64,000 bases of DNA from a virus, in IMG/VR virus record IMGVR_UViG_3300037466_003379, positions 40,106-104,105 of that record; one strand, given 5' to 3'. Numbering within the stretch: the stretch's first letter is position 1; each line of letters opens with the position of its first letter. Shown piece after piece: positions 17,701-25,339 of this stretch. The notes beneath the pieces are model-generated. The model did no database searches, was not told where the DNA came from, and was given only the letters and a program-made list of their open reading frames with translations. The position numbers and the translations under genes are program-made.

Positions 17701-18448
17701 CCGCGGCCGCGGCCGCGAGGCCCATCATCGCGAACTGGCCGCTCGTCAGGCCGACCACCGCGGCGCTGTCGGCGAAGCTGGCCTTGAAGGTCCCAGCCGC
17801 CACGGACAGGGTGCCCATGCTCGCGGCAGTCCCGGCCATCGTCGTTCCGACGAGGGCGTTCGCTTCGGCGGCGCGAGCCTCGGCCGCCTCCATCGCGGCC
17901 AGGTCCCCGACGACCTTGTCTCGCATCAGGCCGTAGGCGGCTGCGGTCTCCTCGGCGGCCGTGGTCGACTTCGCCGCGAAGGCCTCGGCGCTGGTCGCGG
18001 CCTCGCTGTTCGCGGCGACGAACCGGCCGTTGGCGTCCCGCATCCGGCCGGACGCGTCGACCCACGTCCCGGCCGCGGCCTCCGCTCCGGCGGCGATCCC
18101 GGCCCCGGCGGCGGCGGTGGCCTCCGCGAGTCCGAGCTCCGCGGCGACGGCGGCCTCGATCTCGGCCTGGATCGCCGCCATCGCGGCCCCGGCCTCACCG
18201 GCGGACGCGGTCATCTCCGCACAGGCGGCAGCCCAGGTGCCAGCGGCGGCCTCCGCGGAGGTGCCGAGCATGGCGTTCTGCTCGGCGACGCGGGTGACCT
18301 CCGCGGAGACGCCCTGGAGCGACCCGGCGACCTGAGTGGCCATCCGCTCGCCGGCGGCACCGGCCTCGGTGAAGCCCGCGGTCATCGGGGCGGACTCGGC
18401 GCGGAGAGTTACGTACAGATCGGCGACCTCATCGGACACCGGGCGCAC
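14774..18448 (-). CDS. Tape measure protein (TP901-type); the start may be GTG 18439
   Basis: About 1220 aa, Ala-rich; TMP core, TM segment, Trp-periodic 44-aa repeats and GIQSPS/GIASPS motifs. Confidence 0.92.
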   Translation of the reverse strand: MRPVSDEVADLYVTLRAESAPMTAGFTEAGAAGERMATQVAGSLQGVSAEVTRVAEQNAMLGTSAEAAAGTWAAACAEMTASAGEAGAAMAAIQAEIEAAVAAELGLAEATAAAGAGIAAGAEAAAGTWVDASGRMRDANGRFVAANSEAATSAEAFAAKSTTAAEETAAAYGLMRDKVVGDLAAMEAAEARAAEANALVGTTMAGTAASMGTLSVAAGTFKASFADSAAVVGLTSGQFAMMGLAAAAAGGIAVKMAGDYDQATMRLVTSANESRQNLDMVRQGMLEMAGQVGYSADELATAMYKVESGGQHGADGLKVLKAAAEGAKTENADLTTVADAVTTALIDYHLKADDAATVTSKMVQATASGKMTFEELSGSLSSVAPLASAAHISLDDMLGTLASMTSHGISAQQATQNMADAIRHLQSPTAGMRQEMATLGIDASDVAAKLGERGLAGTMQMLQQAISKSMPPGSEKVFLDLKNAVSQSTPAVQGLAQKVMDGSISMAAFTKQAKELDPISAKQATSFATLAGQTHQLGQAHMSGEQVMQTYGQAMQKAMGDATGLKVALMTTGENADYTNDAIKNISGATSEAGGHVKGWAEIQSEFNTKLSQAKDGLGALAISIGEKLLPVASKIVGVFADATKWMTEHQTVAIIVAGIIGVVLVAAFVALGIAAAQAAIGVIAATWPILAIIAAVALLAFGIYELIQHWQGVADFFSGLWDKVKSAFTTAVNWCGDRISDLVGFVKSIPEKIGQGLSSLGGMIQRALANVWDWLTTPFRKGAELVKTIMSKSPGEWGHIIGEKLGELARTLVDKAKEMWHGFTTGVTNAWNETVAWFKALPGRIKDFFVGAGNWIADKAKELWHGFTTGVTNAWNETVAWFKALPGKIKDFFVDAKNWLVDKAKELWDNFTTGLKLEWEVTVQWFKDLPGKIKAFFTEAPQWLYEHGKNILTGLWKGFTDWVSNIWNGITDFIKGFIDGFKSGFGIQSPSTVFSEIGGYIIEGLWNGLKNMWNSFWGWASGLPQTVINLFSGAANWLVSAGHDLLVGLWNGITSMTSWVWDKLTGWASSLWGGVKSALGIASPSTIAHESGMWLMKGLANGIDDHADLAVTAAQSVADRVVSATQSTNRNLQALGQTAAALGTDGAAMPVTVRPGALQAASPAVLPGLSQGATNVTVVHLNPTVQGNVWTTKDLVTELQQELVRHGIRNTQNGTNYTGFGLG

Positions 18449-18478
18449 CCCCTCTGAAATGGGACGGAGGTGCTGGCA

Positions 18479-18492
18479 CGAACAGGTGTTCG
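18479..18492. promoter_or_regulatory. LexA (SOS) box
   Basis: CGAAC-AGGT-GTTCG matches the Gram-positive/actinobacterial consensus; lies in the divergent gap upstream of the DUF4429-like gene. Confidence 0.6.
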
Positions 18493-18519
18493 GAGAGGGA
18501 GGCCGAGCACCATGAGCAG

Positions 18520-18918
18520 ATGGAGCTGATCGCCAAGGGGCGACTGGGCGCGTCCGTCAGGTTCGACGGGCAGACCGTGACCGTCGCGAAGTCCAACCGG
18601 CTGATGCAGGGCTACGGGGAGCGCTCAGCGCACATCTCGCAGATCGCCGGCGTGCGCTGGCAGAAGCCGGGCCTGATCACCAGGGAGGGCTACATCGGGT
18701 TCACGGTCGCCGGGGTCGTCGCGCCGCGCGCCCGGATCGGATCGCAGATCAACGCCGCCCGCGGCGACGACTGGCACGTCACGTTCTTCCGCGGCCGCCT
18801 GGCCGAGTTCGAGGCCATCAGGGACGCCGTGCAGGCCGCGGTGAGCGCCCTACACCAGGGGCCGACCGCTGGGCCGCTGGGCGGCAACTGGGGGCCGCCT
18901 GGAGAGGCTCGGCGCTAG
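18520..18918 (+). CDS. DUF4429-like (PH-like) protein; antisense moron within the tail operon
   Basis: VRFDGQTVTV...GERSAHISQIAGVRWQKPG...GYIGF...VTF pattern. Confidence 0.7.
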   Translation: MELIAKGRLGASVRFDGQTVTVAKSNRLMQGYGERSAHISQIAGVRWQKPGLITREGYIGFTVAGVVAPRARIGSQINAARGDDWHVTFFRGRLAEFEAIRDAVQAAVSALHQGPTAGPLGGNWGPPGEARR

Positions 18919-19382
18919 CCGACACCCCACGCGGCGCCCATGATCTCCTTGTAGATCGTGTAGACGGACACCCGGCCGACCATCCGCAGCGCCGGCACGA
19001 GGAACGGGAACCGCTTCCGGCTCTTCCCGACCCCGGTCACCTCGAGGTAGTAGGCGTACATCGACGACGAGGTGCGGCGGTCGTAATAGGGGTACAGGCC
19101 CGGGGCCATGCCGACCTTGACCGCCCAGCCGATCGCGGTGCGCTCCACCCCGGAGTGCGTGATCGACCGCACCAGCGACCCGGAGATCCGCGCGGGACCT
19201 TCCGGGTCGCCGGGCGACGGCGTGGGCGTCCGGTAGGGGTGCTCCCCGTTCGACGCGTTGATCTTCGCCTGCCGCTCGACGGCGAGCGCGACCGCGGTCA
19301 GCCCCACGGACGCTTTGAGCTCACCCTCGGCAGCGAGCCGAGCCATGACCTCCGACATCACCCCGGGCAGCAGCTCAGGCAC
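18915..19382 (-). CDS. HK97 gp10-like tail completion protein
   Basis: SGSLVRSI...YAYYLEVTG...FPFLVPAL. Confidence 0.7.
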   Translation of the reverse strand: MPELLPGVMSEVMARLAAEGELKASVGLTAVALAVERQAKINASNGEHPYRTPTPSPGDPEGPARISGSLVRSITHSGVERTAIGWAVKVGMAPGLYPYYDRRTSSSMYAYYLEVTGVGKSRKRFPFLVPALRMVGRVSVYTIYKEIMGAAWGVG

Positions 19383-19647
19383 GTCCCGCCTCCGCTTCTC
19401 GTTTCGCCTGCTCGTGGGCGTCGGCCTCGGCCTGGCGGCGCAGCTGGATGAAGTCCCAGCAGTACCGGCGCACGTAGGCCGGGGTCCGTTGCAGGGCCTC
19501 GAACGACCAGCCCATCTCGCGCATCAGCTCGAAGTCGATGAACTCGGCCGGGGGAGCACCGGAGCCCCAGGTGCCGTCGTAGATGGACTCGACGGCCAGG
19601 TAGACGTCCTCGAAGTAGGGCTCGCCAGGCCCTACTGAGGGTTTACC
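19375..19647 (-). CDS. Tail assembly chaperone, -1 frameshift extension (gpT-like)
   Basis: The -1 frame after the slippery site GGTAAAC reads GKPSVGPGEPYF...LMREMGWSFEALQRTP. Confidence 0.65.
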   Translation of the reverse strand, partial: GKPSVGPGEPYFEDVYLAVESIYDGTWGSGAPPAEFIDFELMREMGWSFEALQRTPAYVRRYCWDFIQLRRQAEADAHEQAKREAEAGRA

Positions 19648-20027
19648 GCCTCCGTCATGCGCTTCCCGATGGTGTTGACGATCTCCATCGGCAGCTTCCG
19701 CACCATCTCCACGGTGGCCGGGTGAGTCTGGTCGACCTTCGGCAGCAGCGGCTGGTCGAGCTGCTCGCCGGTGTCGTAGTCGATGGCCGGCGCGGTGGCG
19801 TCGTAGACGTGCCACGCCACGACCAGCCCGGCGATGGTCTCGTACATCGCCTCCACGGCCTCGGCGGCGTCGGCCGGTCGCCCGTTCTCGTCGAGCTTGA
19901 GCGGCCGCGGCTGCACCTTGTCCGGGGGCTGCTGCTTCGGGTTGAGGATCGCGACCCAGACCTTGTCGTCGTCCTCGGCCAGGTCCGGGAAGTCGAGGTG
20001 AATGATGCGGTTGGCGTAGCCAGCCAT
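19632..20027 (-). CDS. Tail assembly chaperone (gpG-like)
   Basis: Follows the tail tube gene; RBS AAGGAG; ends just after G GTA AAC. Confidence 0.7.
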   Translation of the reverse strand: MAGYANRIIHLDFPDLAEDDDKVWVAILNPKQQPPDKVQPRPLKLDENGRPADAAEAVEAMYETIAGLVVAWHVYDATAPAIDYDTGEQLDQPLLPKVDQTHPATVEMVRKLPMEIVNTIGKRMTEAVNPQ

Positions 20028-20183
20028 GAGGGGTGACTCCTTGCAGGTGAGAGGGGGGTGGAGCAGGTCGGAGAGGGCCGATGCGAGCGCCATGCCGAGC
20101 CACAGCCCAGCGAGGACGTGCACCGGTGCGCTCCCGGCCGCCAGGAGCCCGGCGGCCAGGAGCGCGACGGTCAAGCGCAACGC

Positions 20184-21341
20184 TCAGAACGCGGTCGTGC
20201 GGAAGTTCTTCAGCACCGCCGAGACGGAGCCGCCGTCGGTGGTGTTGTAGATGCCGGACAGCGAGAAGGACGCCTGCACGTAGCTGCCGCCGATCTCGCG
20301 CTTGCCCTTCACCCAGCCGGACTTGCTCATGGTGAGCACCAGGGACTGGCCGCCGACGGCGGTCGGCTGCTGCAGCGTCGCCGTCGCCGGGAGCTGCGTG
20401 TACTGGGTGTAGAGGTTCAGGTCGGTCTGGTTCTCGAAGATCGCCTTGTACGAGCCGTCCACGGTGATCGGGCCCTGGAAGTTCTCCCGGGCCGCCTGCG
20501 TGCCGTCGCTCGAGTGGATCGGGTCGACCGTCCGCTTGAGGTTCAGGTCGTACGACAGGCCGCGGGTGGAGGCGCCACCGGCGTTCGTCATCGTCCACTG
20601 CCAGCCCAGTACCGGGGCCGTCGAGGTGAAGGTCGGGGTCATCGCCGAGGCGGCGATACCGGGCAGCGTGGTGAACTTCGCCGAGCTCGTCACCGCGCCC
20701 TTCGGGTCGATCTTGAGGCTCAGGTCGGAGATCGCCGCGTAGGAGTACGACAGGGTCTGCAGGGTGTCGAACACGGTGATCGACAGCGTCGGGTTCGGCG
20801 CCGCGGGGTTCTGCTTGAAGGTGTGCGTGGTCTGCGAGACGACCGTGGCGCCGGAGGTGTGGGCCTTCGTCAGGCCGACGGCGGCGGAGTCGCTGGTCGT
20901 GACCGTCAGCGTGTACGGCCCGGAGCCAGTCACGGCGGTGACCTTCGCGTACTCCAGGTTGTTGCCGGTGTCGATCGTGATCCACGAGTTGGCCGCGATC
21001 GTCGCCGCCGTGCTGATCGTCGTCGCGCTCGCCGACGACGACGACGACAGCGTCGTCGAGACACCCGGCGTGATCGTGTCCGGGCCGATCATGCTCGCGA
21101 GGAAGTGCCCGACCAGGTCCGGGTAGGCGAGCATGTCGATCGACCAGTGCGCCACCACGGGCCCCTGGTAGACGCCCTGCAGGACGGAGTCGTTCGCCCG
21201 GATCGACTCGTCCTTGATCTCCGAGTACTGGTCCTCGAAGTCGGCCTTCGTGAACGGGATGTAGGACGTCGGCACGACATACGTGCCGGGCGTGGACTCC
21301 TTCGCGATGCCCAGAACTGCGAGCCGAGAGAGCTGCGTCAT
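20184..21341 (-). CDS. Major tail (tube) protein with an inserted Ig-like domain
   Basis: LGIAKESTPGTY N-terminus, THTFK, ITVDGSY; Ser/Thr-rich insert. Confidence 0.82.
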   Translation of the reverse strand: MTQLSRLAVLGIAKESTPGTYVVPTSYIPFTKADFEDQYSEIKDESIRANDSVLQGVYQGPVVAHWSIDMLAYPDLVGHFLASMIGPDTITPGVSTTLSSSSSASATTISTAATIAANSWITIDTGNNLEYAKVTAVTGSGPYTLTVTTSDSAAVGLTKAHTSGATVVSQTTHTFKQNPAAPNPTLSITVFDTLQTLSYSYAAISDLSLKIDPKGAVTSSAKFTTLPGIAASAMTPTFTSTAPVLGWQWTMTNAGGASTRGLSYDLNLKRTVDPIHSSDGTQAARENFQGPITVDGSYKAIFENQTDLNLYTQYTQLPATATLQQPTAVGGQSLVLTMSKSGWVKGKREIGGSYVQASFSLSGIYNTTDGGSVSAVLKNFRTTAF

Positions 21342-21622
21342 CGGGAACCACCCTTCCGGGTCGTCGTGGACTTGCGGGTCACCGCGGGCGCGTCGGCGGC
21401 CTCGTGCTCGCCGTGGCCGTCACCGGCGGTCTGCTCGGGCTCGACGGGCACCGGCACGTGGTCGCCGGTCGCCTCACCGTCGGTCTCCTGCTGGTCGGCC
21501 CCGACGGGCATGAACCCGGCGAGGAGCTGGTCGTGGTCGATCTCGCCGCCTGCCGGCACAGTGACCGGTGGGTCGAGCGTCGGAAGGTCGAGCGGGTAGC
21601 CGCTCGTGTTGCGCTGGCGCAT
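21338..21622 (-). CDS. Small hypothetical protein
   Basis: ATG start; stop overlaps the tail tube start. Confidence 0.5.
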   Translation of the reverse strand: MRQRNTSGYPLDLPTLDPPVTVPAGGEIDHDQLLAGFMPVGADQQETDGEATGDHVPVPVEPEQTAGDGHGEHEAADAPAVTRKSTTTRKGGSR

Positions 21623-21653
21623 GGGGTTGGTCGGGTCCTCCCGGTCCGGGGCG

Positions 21654-22160
21654 TCAGGCCGTGAAATCGCGGTCGTCTGCCAAGTAGGTGATGTCCGCCC
21701 TGAGTGCGGCCGGAGAGGAGCCGGAGTGCTGCTCGGGGTCTGAAAAGGACACGTTGATGCGGCTGCCGTCGGGGGCTTCCGCGACGGACAGGAACCGGCC
21801 GCCGTGGGTGTGGTCCATGAGGGTTCCGCGCACGCGCTCGAGTACGAGGTCGACGGCCTCGTCGAACGCCTGCTGCTCGTCCTCCCACAGCCCGGACTGC
21901 GTCGTGGTGGCACCGATCGGCCACAGGCACTTGAGCCGGAAGGTGTGGGTCTGGAGCTTCCGCTGGTTGGACAGCCGGGTCTCGGCGAACTGCGGACGCA
22001 GCACGTAGATCGCCGTCTTGTGTCGGGGTGGCGTGCGCGGCCAGTACGCCTGCACGACGTCCCAGGGGCCGCCGTCGGCCTTGAGTAGCGACGGGAGCCC
22101 GTCGCCCATGCTGGTCGTGCAGAGCCACTCCGCTTCGCGCTGCTGCGGGGTCACGGTCAC
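21654..22160 (-). CDS. Probable tail terminator
   Basis: Position upstream of the tail tube gene; GTG after AGGAGG; about 168 aa. Confidence 0.55.
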   Translation of the reverse strand: MTVTPQQREAEWLCTTSMGDGLPSLLKADGGPWDVVQAYWPRTPPRHKTAIYVLRPQFAETRLSNQRKLQTHTFRLKCLWPIGATTTQSGLWEDEQQAFDEAVDLVLERVRGTLMDHTHGGRFLSVAEAPDGSRINVSFSDPEQHSGSSPAALRADITYLADDRDFTA

Positions 22161-22666
22161 CTCCTCCTGCGGGCCCACACGCGGTGGGCGCGGGTGCGCT
22201 GGACGTGGCGGAGGCGGCCGCGGCCCTTCCGGACCCGCGCGGGGCGGAGGCGGCCGACGTAGGAGTGGTGGTAGCCGGCCCCAGTCGAGATCAGGGCGAA
22301 CGCGTTCTTGTGGTTCCCGTGGCCGTGGTGTCCGGAGATCATGCGGCCCCCGCCGGGCGCCCTGACGATGTCCGAGCGGCGCGCACCGCCCCGCAGGTTC
22401 TTCCGGGTCGCGGCGACCTGCGCGCGGCTCCTGGGGGCGGTCTGGGCGGCACGACGCCGCGGCGACGAGGCGCGCTCCCGCCGGGACTTCGGCTCCGCCT
22501 GCGAGCGGTGCGAGGTGGCCGCGTACCGGGCCCGCAGCGCGGCTGCGATCTTCGCCCGGGTCTCGTCGGACATCGCGTGCCCGCGGTGCGGGTGCCGCTT
22601 CCCCTTGAGCGCCGCGCTGATCTTCGCCCGGGCCGCCGCCGACATCGGGCCGCGCGCGACCGCCAC
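22157..22666 (-). CDS. Highly basic protein with NUMOD3-like DNA-binding repeats
   Basis: MSAAARAKISAALKGK and MSDETRAKIAAALR; Arg/His-rich; fills the gap between neck genes. Confidence 0.6.
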   Translation of the reverse strand: MAVARGPMSAAARAKISAALKGKRHPHRGHAMSDETRAKIAAALRARYAATSHRSQAEPKSRRERASSPRRRAAQTAPRSRAQVAATRKNLRGGARRSDIVRAPGGGRMISGHHGHGNHKNAFALISTGAGYHHSYVGRLRPARVRKGRGRLRHVQRTRAHRVWARRRR

Positions 22667-22669
22667 CGG

Positions 22670-23344
22670 CTACACCCCGTTCCGCGTGTAGGGCACCAGC
22701 CATGACACGGCGAGGGCCTCGAGCGATCCGGGGTCGTGCTGCCCGGACCGCTCCGGGTCCAGCTCCCGGCACAGGATCGCGGCCGCCATGTACTTGCAGG
22801 CGCGCCGCAGGTCCGCCGGGATCGTCTGGTAGCCGCCGCTGTAGGTGACCTCCACGATCGAGCCGATCGGGAGGAACGTGCCGATGTTGAACCACAGGAG
22901 CCCGGTGTCCGGGTAGGGCCCGGCCATCGGGCTGATCTGGTTCTGGGAGCCGCCGTAGGCGTCCCGGATCACGATGTGCACGTTCGAGTAGGTCCACATC
23001 TCCGGGAAGTGCGCGGCGTGTTCCCGCAGCCACAGCTTCCGGACCATGCCGCCGACGGAGGCGCCGAGGGCGTTGGCGTAGCTGGTGCCGAGCGCGGCCT
23101 GCAGGTCGAGCTGCAGGCCCGTCCCGGTGGCGCTGAGCTCGTCGGGGTCGACACCCTCGGCGCGGTGGGACTCGGTGGCCGTGAACGGGACCAGCCGGCG
23201 GCCGGTCTCGGTCTCGCACGCCCTGGTCGCCTCGACGAGGATCTCGCCGAGCGCCTCGGGTTCGAAGTTGCGGGTCAGGTCGGCGAAGGCGCCGGTCTGC
23301 AGCTCCGCGGAGGTGCACAGCGGCGTCGGGTTGTCCACGGCCAC
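22670..23344 (-). CDS. Head-to-tail adaptor
   Basis: LVEATRACE...R and VEVTYSGGY..IPADLRRAC motifs. Confidence 0.75.
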   Translation of the reverse strand: MAVDNPTPLCTSAELQTGAFADLTRNFEPEALGEILVEATRACETETGRRLVPFTATESHRAEGVDPDELSATGTGLQLDLQAALGTSYANALGASVGGMVRKLWLREHAAHFPEMWTYSNVHIVIRDAYGGSQNQISPMAGPYPDTGLLWFNIGTFLPIGSIVEVTYSGGYQTIPADLRRACKYMAAAILCRELDPERSGQHDPGSLEALAVSWLVPYTRNGV

Positions 23345-23351
23345 CGCGGGC

Positions 23352-23684
23352 TCAGTCCTTCGCGGGTGCGCGGCGGGCGCGCGGCTTCGGGGTCGGCTTC
23401 CGCTCGACGGGCTCGTCGGCGACGTCGTCCTCGGCCGGGCCGTTGGGCTCCTCGTCCGGGTCGCCGTCCTGCGGGTCGTCGCCCTCGCCAGGCTCCTGGC
23501 CGCCGTCGTCGTCGCCGTCCGGCTCCTCGACGGGCTCTGGCGCGTCGACCACGCTGATGCGGGCGTCGGTGATCTCGACGAGCGAGGCGACCAGATCGTC
23601 GGCGACCTCGATGACGGACCCGTCCTCCGGCCACACGTGGCCGAACGAGTCACCGCCCGCCTTCTCCTTACGCAGCCATGCCAC
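23352..23684 (-). CDS. Small acidic protein after the capsid gene
   Basis: GTG after GAGAGGAG; acidic low-complexity tail with a basic end. Confidence 0.5.
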   Translation of the reverse strand: MAWLRKEKAGGDSFGHVWPEDGSVIEVADDLVASLVEITDARISVVDAPEPVEEPDGDDDGGQEPGEGDDPQDGDPDEEPNGPAEDDVADEPVERKPTPKPRARRAPAKD

Positions 23685-23767
23685 TGCGGTTCTCCTCTCA
23701 GGGGTCCCCGGACGCCCCGCGCCTGGCCCAGCACGAAGCTGGGCCGGGCGCGGGACTGGGGAGCGGA

Positions 23768-25156
23768 TCAGACGAGGTGGGTGTCCACGTTGTAGAGACC
23801 GCCGATGTAGCGCGGCGCCCGGAGGGCGACCACGGTGTCGGTCTGCAGCGCGAACGGCAGCGTGTCGGGAGCCGCCACGGTGGTGGCGACGTTGAGGCGC
23901 TCGGCCTCCCGGACGTACGGGCGGCACAGGTAGTCCTCGTCCCGGGGGACCAGGAAGATGTTCTCGATGTTCGCCGACAGCGGCGGCTTCTTCGAGGCGT
24001 TGGTACCCGCGTAGGAGCCGACCAGCACCTGCGGCTGGGTGGCGCCGTTCTGCGGGATCAGCTGCGTGCCGGTGTCGACGATCGAGGTCGTCTGGATCGG
24101 GGTGACGCCGTCGGTCGAGAGGCCGACGGTGGCGTCCACGACGCCCAGCAGGGTCTCCGTGCCCGTCGCTCCACCGGCGGTGGTCCGGTAGACCTTGTAG
24201 AGCATCGGGGACAGGCCGTCGAGGCCGGTCGGCGGGGTGAACGACAGGGTGATCGTGTTCGTCGCGGTCCCGGCGCCGGTGGCCTGCGTGACCTCAGCCG
24301 CGGCGAGGATCTCGCCCTGTCGGTGGATCACCGCGGACACGTAGTACTTGTAGGTGCTCGACGCCGGCAGGAAGCCACCCGTGGTGGCCGTGGCCGAGGT
24401 GACGGTGCCCATCGACAGGCCGCGGGTCGACAGGAACGACGTCTTCACCAGCGGGATGCCCCGGTACGTCGGGACCTGCAGGCCCGCCGCGACCTCCACG
24501 CGGTCCACGAAGCGCTGGTTGTTGACCAGCAGCTGCGAGAGCCGCGAGTACGCGGTGTTCGACAGGACGTACATCCAGGAGCCGTCGAACACGGACATGG
24601 CGGCGTTGGTCTCCACCATGTCGGCCAGGCGGTCGAGCGAGCCCAGCGACATCGAGGCGCCACCGAAGTCGATGGCGTTCTGGTTGATGCCCGAGTAGGT
24701 GCTGACCATGGAGTCGAAGCCGTCGAACTGCGGGTACGCGCCGTTCGCGGTGGCGGCCGCGTTGCCCCAGCAGGCCGCGACCTCCATGTCCCAGTACATG
24801 CCCTTGAGGGCGCCGTCGACCTCCTTACCGAGGAGGTCGCCGATCTGGCCGGAGGTAACGGCCTGGGCGTAGCCGGTGACGCCGCCGATGATCTGGTTGT
24901 GCTTCATCTGGAAGCCGGCCTGGTTGTACGTGCTGTTCGTCATCGGCCGGGCGCCGCCGTCGGTGACGAAGCCGCCGGTCGGGTTCGCGTCCCGGCGGTT
25001 GAAGTAGTAGATGTCCGTCTCCCACTTGAAGGACGGGATGGACGCGATAACCGGCGCGTAGCGGCGCTGGTACTCGAGGAGCGCCCGGGAGATGACCTTG
25101 GGGACGAGCGCGGTGGCGCCGGTGGCGGTCAGGGCCTCGCGGATCTGCGAAGACAT
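23768..25156 (-). CDS. Major capsid protein (HK97 fold) with an inserted Ig/FN3-like domain
   Basis: ALVPKVI, QFDGF and TYRGIPLV motifs; insert GGFLPASSTYKYYV...YKVYR; follows the protease/scaffold gene. Confidence 0.85.
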   Translation of the reverse strand: MSSQIREALTATGATALVPKVISRALLEYQRRYAPVIASIPSFKWETDIYYFNRRDANPTGGFVTDGGARPMTNSTYNQAGFQMKHNQIIGGVTGYAQAVTSGQIGDLLGKEVDGALKGMYWDMEVAACWGNAAATANGAYPQFDGFDSMVSTYSGINQNAIDFGGASMSLGSLDRLADMVETNAAMSVFDGSWMYVLSNTAYSRLSQLLVNNQRFVDRVEVAAGLQVPTYRGIPLVKTSFLSTRGLSMGTVTSATATTGGFLPASSTYKYYVSAVIHRQGEILAAAEVTQATGAGTATNTITLSFTPPTGLDGLSPMLYKVYRTTAGGATGTETLLGVVDATVGLSTDGVTPIQTTSIVDTGTQLIPQNGATQPQVLVGSYAGTNASKKPPLSANIENIFLVPRDEDYLCRPYVREAERLNVATTVAAPDTLPFALQTDTVVALRAPRYIGGLYNVDTHLV

Positions 25157-25183
25157 GAGGTGGTGCCTCTCTGGTGGCAGCAG

Positions 25184-25215
25184 AAAGGCCCCCAGCGGGA
25201 TCGCTGAGGGCCTTC
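25184..25215 (-). terminator. Terminator-like hairpin directly upstream of the capsid gene
   Basis: Minus strand GAAGGCCCTCAGCG-ATCC-CGCTGGGGGCCTTT. Confidence 0.5.
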
Positions 25216-25339
25216 GGGGTTGGGGGAGTGGTCGACCATCGCTGCCAGGCGGCACCAGCCCGTGGGGCTGGCGGTCGGAGAGGAATCGGGGACCAGCTAC
25301 CGGCCCGGCCGCCGGTACGTCGGGGCCGGGCCGGGCGGG

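Noticed and set aside
25225-25250. Fluoride riboswitch (GCGATGG seed on the minus strand)
   Set aside because: The downstream conserved elements and pseudoknot partner are not present.
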